A stretch of 63,472 nucleotides of DNA, filler included, from Craspedostauros australis (taxonomy: Eukaryota), in the NCBI GenBank assembly GCA_030167865.1. It is 8 parts of 8 records of this genome, joined end to end, with 100 filler letters (N's around TTAATTAATTAA, not from the genome) between each part and the next. Parts side by side here need not be neighbours in the genome. Positions count along the whole stretch, not along the records: positions 1 to 11,609 come from JALAGF010003373.1; 7 more parts are not named here. One strand, given 5' to 3'. Within the stretch, counting starts at the first letter, position 1, and every line of letters begins with the position of its first letter. Both the position numbers and the translations under genes were made by a program. Below the pieces are notes generated by a model. It saw nothing but the letters and a program-made list of their open reading frames with translations, was not told the origin of the DNA and made no database searches. Below, one piece after another: positions 1-11,609 of the stretch.

Positions 1-1
1 G

Positions 2-2377
2 CTGTCATACGACATCGCATCGATGAAGTGGGTGTGGGACAACGATCAGATCAAGCGAGAGACTCCAGCAACCATCAACGTGGTGGAGCTGATGGAGCTG
101 AAGCTTCAGCAGATCGATACGGCGCAGTACCTGCTGCCGCTAGCCGCTTGTCTTGGATCTACGTTTTCGTGGCTGCTGTTGCGAACGGCGCTGGAGGGAT
201 TTGTGGCGAACGATGCAGCGGGCGAGGACGGGCATCGTGCATTGTACGAAATGCTGTTTGGTGGGCCACCACCGGCAACCGAGAATGAATGGTTGGGCAT
301 CCTGAAGATCTACGAAGAGGAGGGACTCATCGAGGCTCACACTACTACTGACAAGGCCCACGCCCACTTAGCCGATGAATCCTCGCTTGCGGCACAGACC
401 TCCACAGCAGCTGCGTATTCGTTCATCCACGACAAGGTCCAGGAAGCAGCGCTTGGAATGATCGCATCGAAGGTGCACCTTCTGGAGCTGCAGCACCGCA
501 TCGGACTCATCCTGATGGATAGGTTGTCGCTGGATGACTTCGAGTCGTCGTTGTTCGTGGTGGTGAATCTCCTCAACAGTCGCTTGGACATGGTTCCACT
601 GTACCCATCGTCACTGCAGTCATCAGCATCGTTGATGTCAACGGAAGGTACTGATATCACACAAACACGACGTTTCCAGGTTGCGAAGCTCAACTTCGAC
701 GCTGGTACCATTGCTGCATCGCATGCAGCCTTCCGACCGGCTTTCAAGTACTTCCAAAACGCCATCGATATGATGCCAGCTGATCACTGGCGGTCCCAAT
801 ACGACATGAGCCTCCAACTCTTCTCGTCAGCCGCAGAGTGTGCTTATGTGAGCAACAGGTTTGACAAGATGAAGAAGTACGGCAATGAGGTGATCAAGCA
901 AACGGACTCTCCATTGATCGACAAGATGAGGGCGTATCATGTCCTGATGGAGGGAGACCTCGCCATGATTCAGCAAACCAAAGCGAGCGATGTGTTGAAT
1001 CTGGGCACCGAGTTGATGGCCAAGCTTGGGTATCGATACCCCAAGAACAGCACCATGAGGCTATTCACAGTCATCACAAAACTCATGAAGCTGAAGGCAT
1101 CCGCAAAGAAGTGGACGGTTGAGTACTTGGATTCCATGCAGCCGTCTGAAGATCCCATGGACGAACTCATCAGGAACACCATCAACAGGCATGCGTGGAG
1201 TGCAGCGATTTGCGATCCAGGGATACTCGCTCTGATCACCATCGATTCTGTCAATAGTGCGATGACGACAGGAAGGACCAGCCTCACGCCAATTGCCATT
1301 GTAAGCCTAGGTCTGTTGCTCGGCCCCATTCTGGGCGATATGGAAGCCGGAGGGCTGTACGCTAACTATGCAATGAAAATGAACGAAACAAACAGCAATT
1401 CGGCAGCGGCTCGCGCGACTATGGTCGCGTACGGCATGGTGATCAACAACCTCATTCCGTATGAAGATTGCAAGCAGCCATTGCTGGATGCCCACCCACA
1501 AGGTATGGCTGGTGGCGATACTCAGGTCGCGATGGGTGCCATCCTCTTCTACCTGGACCTGTGCCTTCTAACTGCGAAGCCATTGGAAGGCTTGGACGCA
1601 GACTTTTCCACATACACGAAGGTCTGCGAAGACTACAGCCAGCACAAGTCAGCTGAGCAGCTGTCCATTAGATGGCAAATGGTCTTGAATCTAAGAGGGC
1701 GCTCCGACCAACAAGCGCTCCTTGTCGGCGAAGTCTTCAATGAAGCATTGGCCATGGAGCGCATCAAGCAAACCAAGGATGAAGCGCTATGGTCTGGCGT
1801 GCTTCAAATTAGACTGTTCACAGCGACATACTTCGGTGAGTACGAATATGCTGTCAAGATTGTGCTCGAGATACTTGACAATGGCATAAAGTTTACGCCC
1901 GGATACATTTTGTCAACAACCACGAGATTCCTTTCCTCTTTGGTTGCAACAATTGTTGGGCACCAAAACAAGCAACTTTCAAGAAGCAAACGCTCCAAGA
2001 TCAAGCAGCTGGCCCATACATCGCGCAAAGCTCTTCGCCTTGCTGTGAAGCAGAAGAACCCAAATGCCGTGCATTGTCTCGCCATCCTCGAGGCAGAGAG
2101 AGCCGCATGGAAGGCACACAAGAAGAGAAAGCGAGACAGTGAATTCCGGGCTGCCGTCAAGCTGTACCAAGACGCAATCCGGATTTCTGCACGGACGGGA
2201 TCCTCCCAAAATCAAGCACTGGCAAACGAACGGCTGGGCGAGCACATGTTGTTGGAGAGCGACACAGAGGGGGCGGTCTATCATTTCAACGAGGCAGTTC
2301 GGCTGTATCAGGAATGGGGTGCCAGTCAGAAGGCGGCGTTGCTACAAGAGCGCAGTGAATTTATCGGGCGTCCATGA
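2..2377 (+). CDS. STAND-like AAA_16 NTPase/TPR-like family protein, C-terminal part (5' truncated by window edge)
   Basis: Frame is open from the window start (LSYDIASMKWVWD). Motifs AACLGSTF, YSFIHDKVQEAA, VVNLLN, LSLQLFSSAAECAY-like and terminal ALANERLGEH...AVRLYQEWGASQKA correspond to the C-terminal halves of the ORFs at 17508 and 59131, which carry Walker A/B. Confidence 0.8.
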   Translation: MSYDIASMKWVWDNDQIKRETPATINVVELMELKLQQIDTAQYLLPLAACLGSTFSWLLLRTALEGFVANDAAGEDGHRALYEMLFGGPPPATENEWLGILKIYEEEGLIEAHTTTDKAHAHLADESSLAAQTSTAAAYSFIHDKVQEAALGMIASKVHLLELQHRIGLILMDRLSLDDFESSLFVVVNLLNSRLDMVPLYPSSLQSSASLMSTEGTDITQTRRFQVAKLNFDAGTIAASHAAFRPAFKYFQNAIDMMPADHWRSQYDMSLQLFSSAAECAYVSNRFDKMKKYGNEVIKQTDSPLIDKMRAYHVLMEGDLAMIQQTKASDVLNLGTELMAKLGYRYPKNSTMRLFTVITKLMKLKASAKKWTVEYLDSMQPSEDPMDELIRNTINRHAWSAAICDPGILALITIDSVNSAMTTGRTSLTPIAIVSLGLLLGPILGDMEAGGLYANYAMKMNETNSNSAAARATMVAYGMVINNLIPYEDCKQPLLDAHPQGMAGGDTQVAMGAILFYLDLCLLTAKPLEGLDADFSTYTKVCEDYSQHKSAEQLSIRWQMVLNLRGRSDQQALLVGEVFNEALAMERIKQTKDEALWSGVLQIRLFTATYFGEYEYAVKIVLEILDNGIKFTPGYILSTTTRFLSSLVATIVGHQNKQLSRSKRSKIKQLAHTSRKALRLAVKQKNPNAVHCLAILEAERAAWKAHKKRKRDSEFRAAVKLYQDAIRISARTGSSQNQALANERLGEHMLLESDTEGAVYHFNEAVRLYQEWGASQKAALLQERSEFIGRP

Positions 2378-2912
2378 TGCGCCAACGACATCAGCAATAG
2401 AGCTAAATCAACACTGATTCTACCATACATACGTAGACAAGTAAATTTGATAGACCGTGAAACCTTCGCATGTCCTCATTCCCGCAAGATCCGAACACGA
2501 AGATGCTTGGAAGCTAGAGCGGTTTGGAAGTTAGAGTCTCCTTCATGCAGCCCTTGGATCTAGGTCTAAGCATCCTATGGAGCTCAGACGACACCCGCAC
2601 TCTCCTCGGAATCAGATAAAAGGGTCCCACGAGTATGACCAACGTCTTTCTCAGACGCAAACAACAGCGCGACCACCCTCACAGACAGCACAGCAGCAAG
2701 GAAACAGATAATCCGCGCATCAAGCTCTGCCAGGTATCAGCTACTACGACCACAGGTTTAAGCCGTCCCATTGGGCTCTATAATAGTGTGTCTAAACTGT
2801 TCTATCCGATCACTGTCAAGGTTTATGTTCAGCGTGCGGCGTATTCTATTCTCTAGAGAGGATTGTATCCTTCGTTGTCAGAGTTCATCACTTGAGACAT
2901 GACCAGCTCTCG

Positions 2913-4193
2913 TCACACCGAGTTCCTGTGTCTTGATCTTCCACCAGCCCATTTTTTACTCTTTCGTTTCTTTCCGACGAAGGAAGCGGGCTCCTGATTC
3001 TCTGTTGCGTCCACGTTGTGAATGTGGTCGTCGGCGTTATTGCTATCGTCTCCAGTTTCAATGTCCCCCACGGTGATCTCGGTGCTGAAACTGTCGTTAT
3101 CGTCGCCGTCGTCGTCACTGTCGTCGTCGTCACTGTCGTCATTCTTGCGGAATCGGACTGCCAACGAGTACAGAATGTGGACGGCATACATCTGTGCGGA
3201 GTATAGCACGATGATCAATGGAATGAAGGAGATCCTCCAAAACCACAGCCAGTTCAGCCCTGTCTCCGTCCCATCCAAGAGAAATGCAGACACGAAGTAT
3301 GCGAATCCAACGGCGGTGATCATGGTCTTCATGATGAAGGCCTGCGCTGCGGCCAAGTAAAAGAGGGCACAATGCCAAGACGGGAACAGATCCAGTCGGA
3401 AGCAGAATAGCGCGACGAAGCTGGAGATTCAATGGTGAATGGAGTTTGCACGTTTTGGTAGGTCGGTGGAATGTACATTCGTGCAGTATATGCCGAAAGG
3501 TTGACAAGATGGGAGATGCATGAATGAAAGGAACAGCGGGTTAGTTTGGTGTGAACACACATGTGGCAGCGCTCTCGTGTTCAGCCCATCGCTTGATCAC
3601 CAAACTTCTTGCAATCGACGAATTAACATCACGCACGGTGCTCACCTGAATTGTTCCGTCGTCGCATACATTCCCAACAGGCCGCTGATTCGAAAATACG
3701 ATAGATCCCCTACGTCGTGGATCGACGCAGTCACCAGCTGTGCGATGAGAAGGGTTGCCACATGATGGATCAGCAGCGGCCAGCCGATGGATTGTCTGTA
3801 GATCACTTCCCAAAGATACAGCACGATGATGAGTTGCAAGGCGTAGGAAGACCAGTTCATACGATCGAGGTCGTTGTTGGAATCCTGAAATTGGAAGATC
3901 ACCTCCCATCCACCGTAGATTTGCAAGACGAGTGCGAAAGTTGTCACGATAAGCTGCATGGCATAGGTGACGACGTTCTTGCGCTTGTGGAGTGCCAGTT
4001 CCTTGTATGTTGTATTGATGCCTTGGTACGAGATCCGATGCAAGAGAATGTCGATAGCAGCGGCGAAGATCCAGGTGGCCATGAGCAGGTTTACGGTGGA
4101 CCAGCCATATTGAAAGATGTTGCTGTAGTCGAGCACTTGAGACCTTGGCACGATGACGAGGTCATCATCGGTTCCTTCTTGAAGTGGGGTCAT
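2913..4193 (-). CDS. Multi-pass membrane protein, TLC (TRAM/LAG1/CLN8)-like; 2 exons (4193-3646, 3420-2913), 351 aa
   Basis: A GT..AG intron at 3645-3421 (donor AG|GTGAGC, acceptor TCTCCAG|) joins the two ORFs in frame: ...ATTEQFS/FVALFCFRL.... Several hydrophobic helices, a LIHHVAT motif and an acidic then basic C-tail. The gene model is well supported; the TLC label is inference. Confidence 0.7.
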
Positions 4194-5135
4194 GGTGGAG
4201 TCTTACGTAATGCCCGTGAGCGGTTATGCTGTTGCGATTTGTTGCGATTTGTGTTGCTGTTGCAAATGTTTGCAAAATTTATGAGATGTTTGCAATATCG
4301 TGGGCAGCCAAGGTGTCGCCAGGAGCAACCCAAGCCTTCTCGGGGGTGACAAAATTCTCGACCATTGTTTCAATCATATAATGCCTGCGTTCCGCAACCG
4401 CACCCCTGCTGTGTCTGGTAGCCCACTTCTCCCAACGTTGGTGTTGGAATTGAGGACATAGTTCGTTGCCATCACGACACTTCTTTCACAAGTTGGTTGT
4501 GCTGCCAACAGGAAACATCGTTCGAGAGTGGTTCGTGTGCGGCGAAGCCCAAAACAAGAAAATGGCTGGCGAAAAAGGTTGTGATGATCGGACAAATCCA
4601 TCGTCCGTGGGACTGGAAATCAAATTCGCAAACCAGCAACAGTGACGCGGATCTGTGACATGTGCCACAAAGCGCAGATGCAGACAACCGGCATCTTTCT
4701 CAGGATGCTGGGGATGATCCCTGATCCCCATCCACGGCCAATTACAAGTTCGTCCCATCTTCGCTCTTGTTCCCCCTGGTTGATTTGCGTCTTCCTTCAT
4801 ACAGTCTCGCAAGTCTGTAGCTGGTGGATCTGCATCATTTCTTCGGAGAGGATACAAGTTTCCCAAATGAGGTGTGGTTGCAGCACAGCGTGTGCTGTGG
4901 ACATACAAATGCAGAATCGCCAGCTGTTGTTGTTGGGAGTACGCGAGCATGCATCTACACAATTGCAATCATAACAAGCCAAGAACGATAACACCACAGC
5001 AATCATAATAACAGCCACACCGTGCGTATCAATCATCCACGCCAACCTACCACAGCAACAAGACCACCGTACCTCGTTTATAACCAGCATCACCAATTAA
5101 ATCACACCAATACCAGGGGCCAACAAACCGCAAAC

Positions 5136-6197
5136 ATGACAAGAGCATCCACGAGCAGAGCATCTATGCGAAGAGTATCCCAAGTCATCCAAGATTCCCA
5201 GGGCAGTACAGAAACCATTTCGGCGCTGCTGTACTTTGTGCTAACAATGGCAGTCCTCGTAGCAGGCGCGGGGAATGCCGCTTTCAGGTTGACGCGTCCA
5301 TCGTTGCCGTCGCGGTCGCTGTCATCCCCATTCGTGCACTCCAGCCGAAGGCTCTTCGGAGGCGAAGACAGCCGCGGGCATCCATCGCCGAAGGATATTC
5401 TCAAAGACTTCAGTGTAGATCTTGAGACTCGGACCAGGACATCCATCCATACTTCCAACAATGCCAATCATGCCAACCCTACAAGTGCCAACAGAAGGCC
5501 AGAAGAAGGTTACGTGGATCGAAAAGTTATCTCGAACTCCCTATACGTGCCAGGGGGCGGTTTCTCTGGATTCTTTCATCGGCTTGGACAGCTACAATCC
5601 ATTCCAAGAGACCAGTTGATGGATCAAACGTATGTTTGTTACTCTGCTGGTTGTTTGGCAACAGTTGCTACCCTTCGGGGCTGGACAAACGAACAGATCT
5701 TGAACCAGGCCCAAGCGATGCAGCAACTGTGGTACGATGGCTCGGCGGCACTCACGGATATGCTGCCGATGTTCATCGATGGATTGCTGGCGGACATTGA
5801 CGAAGAAGAGCCACCAGAGTGGATGTCGAAGTTGGCAATTCTTACGTCATCTACATCGAGGGAAGATAGCGGCAACACCGATTCTTCGGATTCAACCTCT
5901 CGTTGGTCCAACGTGCTTCCTTCCTGGAACGTCAAGCCCTTCCTTACCCGACCCACAACCGTCTCCGAACTTCGACAGCGCTTGATCCAGACGGCATGGA
6001 TTCCTTACATCACCGGCAAGACCCTGTGGAAGGATGGGCACATGGATGGTGGCGTGAGCATTATGCATCATCCAATCTGCAGCAAGAGAGTCCGGTCTGG
6101 CGACGACTGGTCCCTTTTCCGATACATGCTGGATCCAACTTTCGATGAGAAAGAAGCGTACAGAATCATCGCAGCCGGAAAGGCCTTCGGTGTTTAG
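5136..6197 (+). CDS. Patatin-like phospholipase (divergent) with N-terminal hydrophobic segment
   Basis: Gly-rich loop YVPGGGFSGFF, nucleophile elbow CYSAGC and catalytic DGG (HMDGG) occur in patatin order. First ATG is at 5136. Confidence 0.65.
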   Translation: MTRASTSRASMRRVSQVIQDSQGSTETISALLYFVLTMAVLVAGAGNAAFRLTRPSLPSRSLSSPFVHSSRRLFGGEDSRGHPSPKDILKDFSVDLETRTRTSIHTSNNANHANPTSANRRPEEGYVDRKVISNSLYVPGGGFSGFFHRLGQLQSIPRDQLMDQTYVCYSAGCLATVATLRGWTNEQILNQAQAMQQLWYDGSAALTDMLPMFIDGLLADIDEEEPPEWMSKLAILTSSTSREDSGNTDSSDSTSRWSNVLPSWNVKPFLTRPTTVSELRQRLIQTAWIPYITGKTLWKDGHMDGGVSIMHHPICSKRVRSGDDWSLFRYMLDPTFDEKEAYRIIAAGKAFGV

Positions 6198-6536
6198 ATT
6201 CGGCACCAGGAGTGCACGAGCTCGGTGCATCCATGCATCGCCCCAAAACAACCACAAAAGTGAGCGGTGTACCCAACCCTGGGAACTTTCAACAGTATGC
6301 TCGTAGCTAATCGATAGAGCGACTGGAGATGCTCGTATTACACATCAAAACTTTAAACCGAGCAGAACACCCATAGATCCCCGCACGGCAGTTTACGAGC
6401 AGGAAAGTGAATAGAGTAGACAAGCCGTTGATGACATGTGACGTCATCGCAGGACTCTCATATTCGCACGTATTTCATGTTCCACTGAACACCGCTTTGC
6501 CGTATCCAGTCATCTCCGATCCAATGTGTGCTTTTC

Positions 6537-9281
6537 CTACTGTTCGAATGTTGTTGCCACTATCCTAAGTGTCGTGAGCTGATTTACCTCGGACGGGAGT
6601 GGCCCTATCAGATCATTGAACTGCAGCCAAAGCTCGACGAGCTCTGTCAACTGACCTAGTTCAGTCGGGACCGTGCCCGTGAGACTGTTGGTGTCGAGGG
6701 ATACAAGCTGGAGCGAGATCATAAGACCCAACTCAGATGGGATGGGACCAGTGAGATCGTTGCTTCCCAGCTCCAAGGATACAACCTCTGTCAGGTTTTC
6801 CAGCTTGGTGGGAATCCTGCCTTTGATCGAGTTGATTGTCAAGTCCACATGGTTGAGAGCAATTGCGTTACCAACTTCATCGGGAATTTCGCCCGTGAGA
6901 TTGTTCTCAGGGACGGATAGGCGCCGCAATGCGGTCAATCGACCAATCTGCGATGGCAGCGATCCGGTGAAGTTGTTCGCTCCGAACCTCATAATTTCCA
7001 GCGATTCCATATCCCCGACCTCTGTGGGAATTATCCCATTGAGGCGGTTGTCTTGTAGCTGCAGCAATCGCAGGTTGGTCAACCACCCGAGTGTTGTTGG
7101 CAGTGTGCCCTCGATGTTCGATTTCTCCATCTGAAGCTCGATCAGTTGGGTGCAATTGCTGATCTCGGCCGGAATCTCATCCGACAGATTGGATTCGTGT
7201 AGCCGAAGAGTGACGAGCTGATCCAGCGCACCGATATGAGAAGAGATGGATCCGGTGATGTTGTTCCAGCTGAGGTCCAGTACCTCCAAATCGGTCAGAA
7301 GGTACAGTGCTTGGTCGATCGTGCCCGCCAGCCTCCTCTGCGACAATCCAAGCTCGACGATGTGTCGGTCCGCGTTGCATCTCACAATCGTCAAGCCGGA
7401 GGTCCATTCGCAGATATCCAAGTCCGACATGATATTGGTCTGCGGGAACCAGTTGGGTCCATCCATGGAGTAGTACAGGCTCACGAACGCATAGTACTCC
7501 AGTAAGTGGCGTGTTGCTGCGGCATTCCCCTGTGCAAGCAGAAGCGACGGATAGGGATTGTCGCCATTGGCCAACCAGTCCAATGTGATGTACGGAACGC
7601 TCGTGGGATCTCTGAACACTTCTCTTTGGATGGATGTCGGCGATTCTTGCAGAATTGGCTCTAGAACACGCAGCATGTCGGTGAATGCGCCCATTCGAGG
7701 GAAATCGGGAGTTGGTTGGCTTGATGGTGGAACTGATTGGCGTAGGCTTGGCGACACGGTCGGAATACCGGTTGGTTGTGGTGTGGCTGTAGGATTGCTT
7801 TGCGCGGCTGCGGAGTTTCCACCGTTGTTACTTGCGGGAAGCACAAGGGCCAGCATGATGGCAATCACAACCGATGCGACAACGACCAGGAAAATGGCGA
7901 TGGCGGCGATCCAGATGCGTTTGCGTTGCCTTTGATCTTGGCGAATCGGCGATCGTTTGTTCTCGCCTGCGTCGGTGGTTTGGATGGGCTCAACGGTTCT
8001 GTTCCGGGGGGTTGAAATCGGTTCTGCGACGGCCACTTGAGCTGGAGGAGTTGCCATCTGCTGGTTGTACCGTTGAACTTCTCGCAGGATCGTTGCACGG
8101 ATGTCATCGGCCGTCATGCCACTGCTAGCAAGGATGGCGGTAGCCCGCAGTCCTCCCGTGTCATCGCTTTCCACGGTATTGGAAGGTCCGGTTGGTGGAG
8201 TCGAAGTTGCTATCGCAGTCGCGGCCACAGCCGCTGTTGCTGTTGGTGAGCCAGCGCTTGACCCGAGCAAGTAGTTCGATCCGTTCCCATTCTCAGATGA
8301 GGTTTCGAGGCTGAGAGTGCGCGTCTGTGTCTCGGTCTGGGTTTCGGTATGCGTCTCAGTTGTGGCATCTTGGGTACTCGAGTCCACGAACCTCGTTGAC
8401 GCTCCCGTCGCTGCTGGATGATCCATATCGAAGCCATCACCATCGAATAACTCTGGGCCATCGCCGCCTTCGTGTTCAACAGGAGCATTCGTTGGGGCAT
8501 GTACCGCCATCATCATCATCTGTGTTGTGTCGTACTCTCGTTGGGAATAACATCCATCCTCCGACGCGGAAACTCTACTCGTTGCCTCCGTCGCCATTGT
8601 CTTGGAGATTTGGCCGTGTCGGTGCTGCAAGGATTCCCCTTCGTGTGCCAGTGTTTCTCCTTTGAATCCACTCGCACGCACCGCGTCAGAAGCTGACACG
8701 GATTGGACCAGCATGGAATGATGGCGAGCATCCAGCTTTGGTGGTAGCTGGTCCGCAGCTTCAGTTGTTTGCTTCTCGCTATTCACAATAGCGGCATCAG
8801 CGGAAGCGCGCGCATGCCGTGCGCTTGAAAATGGGGGATGCTGCCAGGACCGCTGTCGTCGGCTTGATTTGTCGTGGGCGGCGCCAGATGCCGTCGACTC
8901 TGTCGAAGTTGGTGGTGTTGCTGAGATGGTTGGAGATGTTCCTTCGTTGGTGTCGCTGCTATCATTGCTGCTGTTGGTGGCGGTCGAAGTCGCGACCAGG
9001 CCATCATCAGTTGATGCAGACAACGGCGATGGTGATAGCGATGGCGACGGTGGTGCTGATGATGTTGCCTGCATTGACTGTGTGGCTCTGGTTGTTACAG
9101 GCACTGGAGCGAATGACGCGGCCACCTCTTCATCATCATCTCTGGAATGTGGCGGAGGAATCGTGTGGTCTTCGTTGCCACCGCCACCACGGGCGATGTC
9201 GTCATCGTGCTCATCTTGTCGAGGTCCGGTGTCATTGCCAGTGTCATTGTCGCCACCATCACTTCGGGGATCCGTGTCCAT
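6537..9281 (-). CDS. Type II single-pass leucine-rich-repeat membrane protein (receptor-like, no kinase), 914 aa
   Basis: Disordered N-terminus, then RQRKR followed by TM IWIAAIAIFLVVVASVVIAIMLALVL, a P/S/T stalk, an LRRNT-like cap (YYSMDGPNW...ICEW...C) and about 11 24-aa repeats of type LxxLxLxxNxLxGxIPxExG. Confidence 0.9.
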   Translation of the reverse strand: MDTDPRSDGGDNDTGNDTGPRQDEHDDDIARGGGGNEDHTIPPPHSRDDDEEVAASFAPVPVTTRATQSMQATSSAPPSPSLSPSPLSASTDDGLVATSTATNSSNDSSDTNEGTSPTISATPPTSTESTASGAAHDKSSRRQRSWQHPPFSSARHARASADAAIVNSEKQTTEAADQLPPKLDARHHSMLVQSVSASDAVRASGFKGETLAHEGESLQHRHGQISKTMATEATSRVSASEDGCYSQREYDTTQMMMMAVHAPTNAPVEHEGGDGPELFDGDGFDMDHPAATGASTRFVDSSTQDATTETHTETQTETQTRTLSLETSSENGNGSNYLLGSSAGSPTATAAVAATAIATSTPPTGPSNTVESDDTGGLRATAILASSGMTADDIRATILREVQRYNQQMATPPAQVAVAEPISTPRNRTVEPIQTTDAGENKRSPIRQDQRQRKRIWIAAIAIFLVVVASVVIAIMLALVLPASNNGGNSAAAQSNPTATPQPTGIPTVSPSLRQSVPPSSQPTPDFPRMGAFTDMLRVLEPILQESPTSIQREVFRDPTSVPYITLDWLANGDNPYPSLLLAQGNAAATRHLLEYYAFVSLYYSMDGPNWFPQTNIMSDLDICEWTSGLTIVRCNADRHIVELGLSQRRLAGTIDQALYLLTDLEVLDLSWNNITGSISSHIGALDQLVTLRLHESNLSDEIPAEISNCTQLIELQMEKSNIEGTLPTTLGWLTNLRLLQLQDNRLNGIIPTEVGDMESLEIMRFGANNFTGSLPSQIGRLTALRRLSVPENNLTGEIPDEVGNAIALNHVDLTINSIKGRIPTKLENLTEVVSLELGSNDLTGPIPSELGLMISLQLVSLDTNSLTGTVPTELGQLTELVELWLQFNDLIGPLPSEVNQLTTLRIVATTFEQ

Positions 9282-10683
9282 ATTCAGGGGTTCCCTTCAC
9301 AATACCGTGGTGAATGAATCCACAATGCTCTTGGCTGAATGTTTGAGCACCGATTGGATTGCAGCAAGGTGAGAGAAATCAAGGCGCCGCTTCTTTGTCC
9401 AGTCGCATCGTGTTCTGCTTTGTTTGTGTGGTGATTGAAGCCACAACGGCTCCACTTTCTGCCGCCTTTCTTGTTGTCCCCATTGTTCTGGAAACGTTTT
9501 CCGATTCATTGGACTGCATGGGGCGCTGGTCAGACTTCGTCGTTGGGGAACACTCATTGAGTAGTCGTAGGCCATTCGCCGAACTAGAGGACAACGTATT
9601 GCGGAAGCCTGGAATCACGAAATGAGACTATTCGAGGAGGGTCTAAGAAAGCACCATGGAGTAGTCATACACATACCCGTACTTCTCTCATTTGTCTTGG
9701 AGCAAGCTCAGGTGCAAGGTGTGAGGTACGAGGTACTGGGACAGACCAAAGCACAAGTTCTCTCTAGAGCTCATAGTATCAGTAGTGCTCTATCATGCTC
9801 GTCGAGCGCATTGGTATTAGCATGTCTTGACGGTCACCCCCTCTCCTTCCTCTCCCTCGTCTCTCGCTGCAAGATGTTGCCCGACCAAGCTGATCTTGCG
9901 AATGATGACCAAGGATGTCTGACGTCGTCCTGCACCGTGGTCGTGGTGTCTCTATAATCATCCTCCAGAGGACGATTGTTGCGATTGTATTCGTACTCGT
10001 ACTCGCACCTATGCATGACAAGTGCCATCTGGACTCATCCATTTGTCGACCACATCACCACCTCAACCGATCGCTGATGAGGCGAACGGATGCACACACT
10101 GCAGGTCATTACACCCTCCCACATGATGGATCTCTTCGTTCGGGAAGAATCGTTTCAACGGTGGCATGGATTCGAATGGACGATGACGAAACTGAGGGAT
10201 TCTCGATCGTGAGTTCCTCTGGTTTCTAGAATACTTTGAATGACCTGCACATGCAATGATACATGAGCAAACATTCTCGTTGTATCGTATGGTGTTGTAC
10301 GAGTATGATGGCGCAGGAGGATAATGAATAGGAGTGCACAGCGGCAGTACCTATCATTACGTGTGTGTGGGCAGGACTGCGCACCATCCATCGTCCATCA
10401 TCCATCATGCATCAGGCATCAGGCACCATACATCATGGATAAACTAGCCAGCGCACGAATAGATGATGAAAGAGTATGAGTATGGATGTGAACATGAGTA
10501 TTATTATACATGGATTTGTCGTTGTTTAGTGTACATTCTGTCGTGTGTGTTGTCTTGTGTTCTGCATGACATTTGTGTTTCCCGTCGCGATTCCCCTTCG
10601 CCCCCTTTGTATTGGTACATGGCTGAGTCTTGAATCAGCTCACAGCAGCTCGTAGAGCAGCTCATAGAGCAGAGTAGAACATT

Positions 10684-11609
10684 CTACATCATGCTTTGGC
10701 TCATCAGTCCGTGGGCACCGACAAAGTGCGCGTCGGCAGTTTCTCCGGTGGCATTCTTGAGCATCATATTGATGATCATCATGGCTGCCGATGTGATCGT
10801 CGTGTTGGTGTTGACGATCGTTTCGTTGACGATCGTTTCGTTGCCGATTGGCATGTCCATCGTCGTGGATGCTGCCATGCTCATCTGCATCAGCATGCCG
10901 CATCCGTACAGCAGCAGGGCGGCAACTGCGACAGCACTTCCGACGTAAAGGCGGAAGAGACTGATGATGCCGCGGAAGGCCAGGGTGAAGAGGAAGGAGT
11001 TGATCAGGCCCATGAACTGGACGATCACCAGGTGCTGCATAGTGAGACATTCGGGGAAGCACATGTCCAGGGTGACTGCCGCCAGCATGGGGATGTTGAA
11101 GATCCACGAGTTGCCGTTGCGGAGGTCGGATGGGATGAACTGCTTCCATGTCATCAGCTGCAGCGAGAAGAGGATGGCTGGGATGGTGGTGTTGAGCTGG
11201 ATCGCGTTGAGGAACGACATCAATGACGGCGAGTCGCCCATGATGTTGCTGGCGGTGGGGAGATCGCCGCATAGACCGCAGTCCTTGAGCAGCAGTCCGA
11301 TGATGCGGATGGTGGAGTAGTGGAAGAGGGCGATGGCCAGCTGGAATGCTTCCTTGTGGCACACGACGATCCTGTCTGGTCCCCAGATGACGGTCTTTTT
11401 GGGAACCTGCTTCATCAGTGAGTAGGCGTGTGTGGCGAGTGTCTCGTTGGAGAGCGTGGCGAATGCGACGAGGTATGGGTTGTTTGGGAACACGATGGCG
11501 AGCATCGCGGTGAGGAGGCAAGTGGAGCCAAGGATTCCGTGGAATCCAAACCTCAGCTTTCCGATCTTGAATAGGTAGGCATGCTTTCTGGCTTGGTACT
11601 TGCCAGTGG
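10684..11609 (-). CDS. Hypothetical multi-pass membrane protein (5' truncated at linker)
   Basis: Frame stays open up to the linker (TGKYQARKHAYLFKIGKLRFGFHGILG...MLAIVF...). C-rich third codon positions, several hydrophobic segments and a 15-bp tandem duplication (NETIV x2). Confidence 0.6.

Noticed and set aside
10640..11521. 293-aa Arg/His/Pro-rich ORF
   Set aside because: Alternative frame of the 10684-11609 gene; its composition is typical of a shadow frame.
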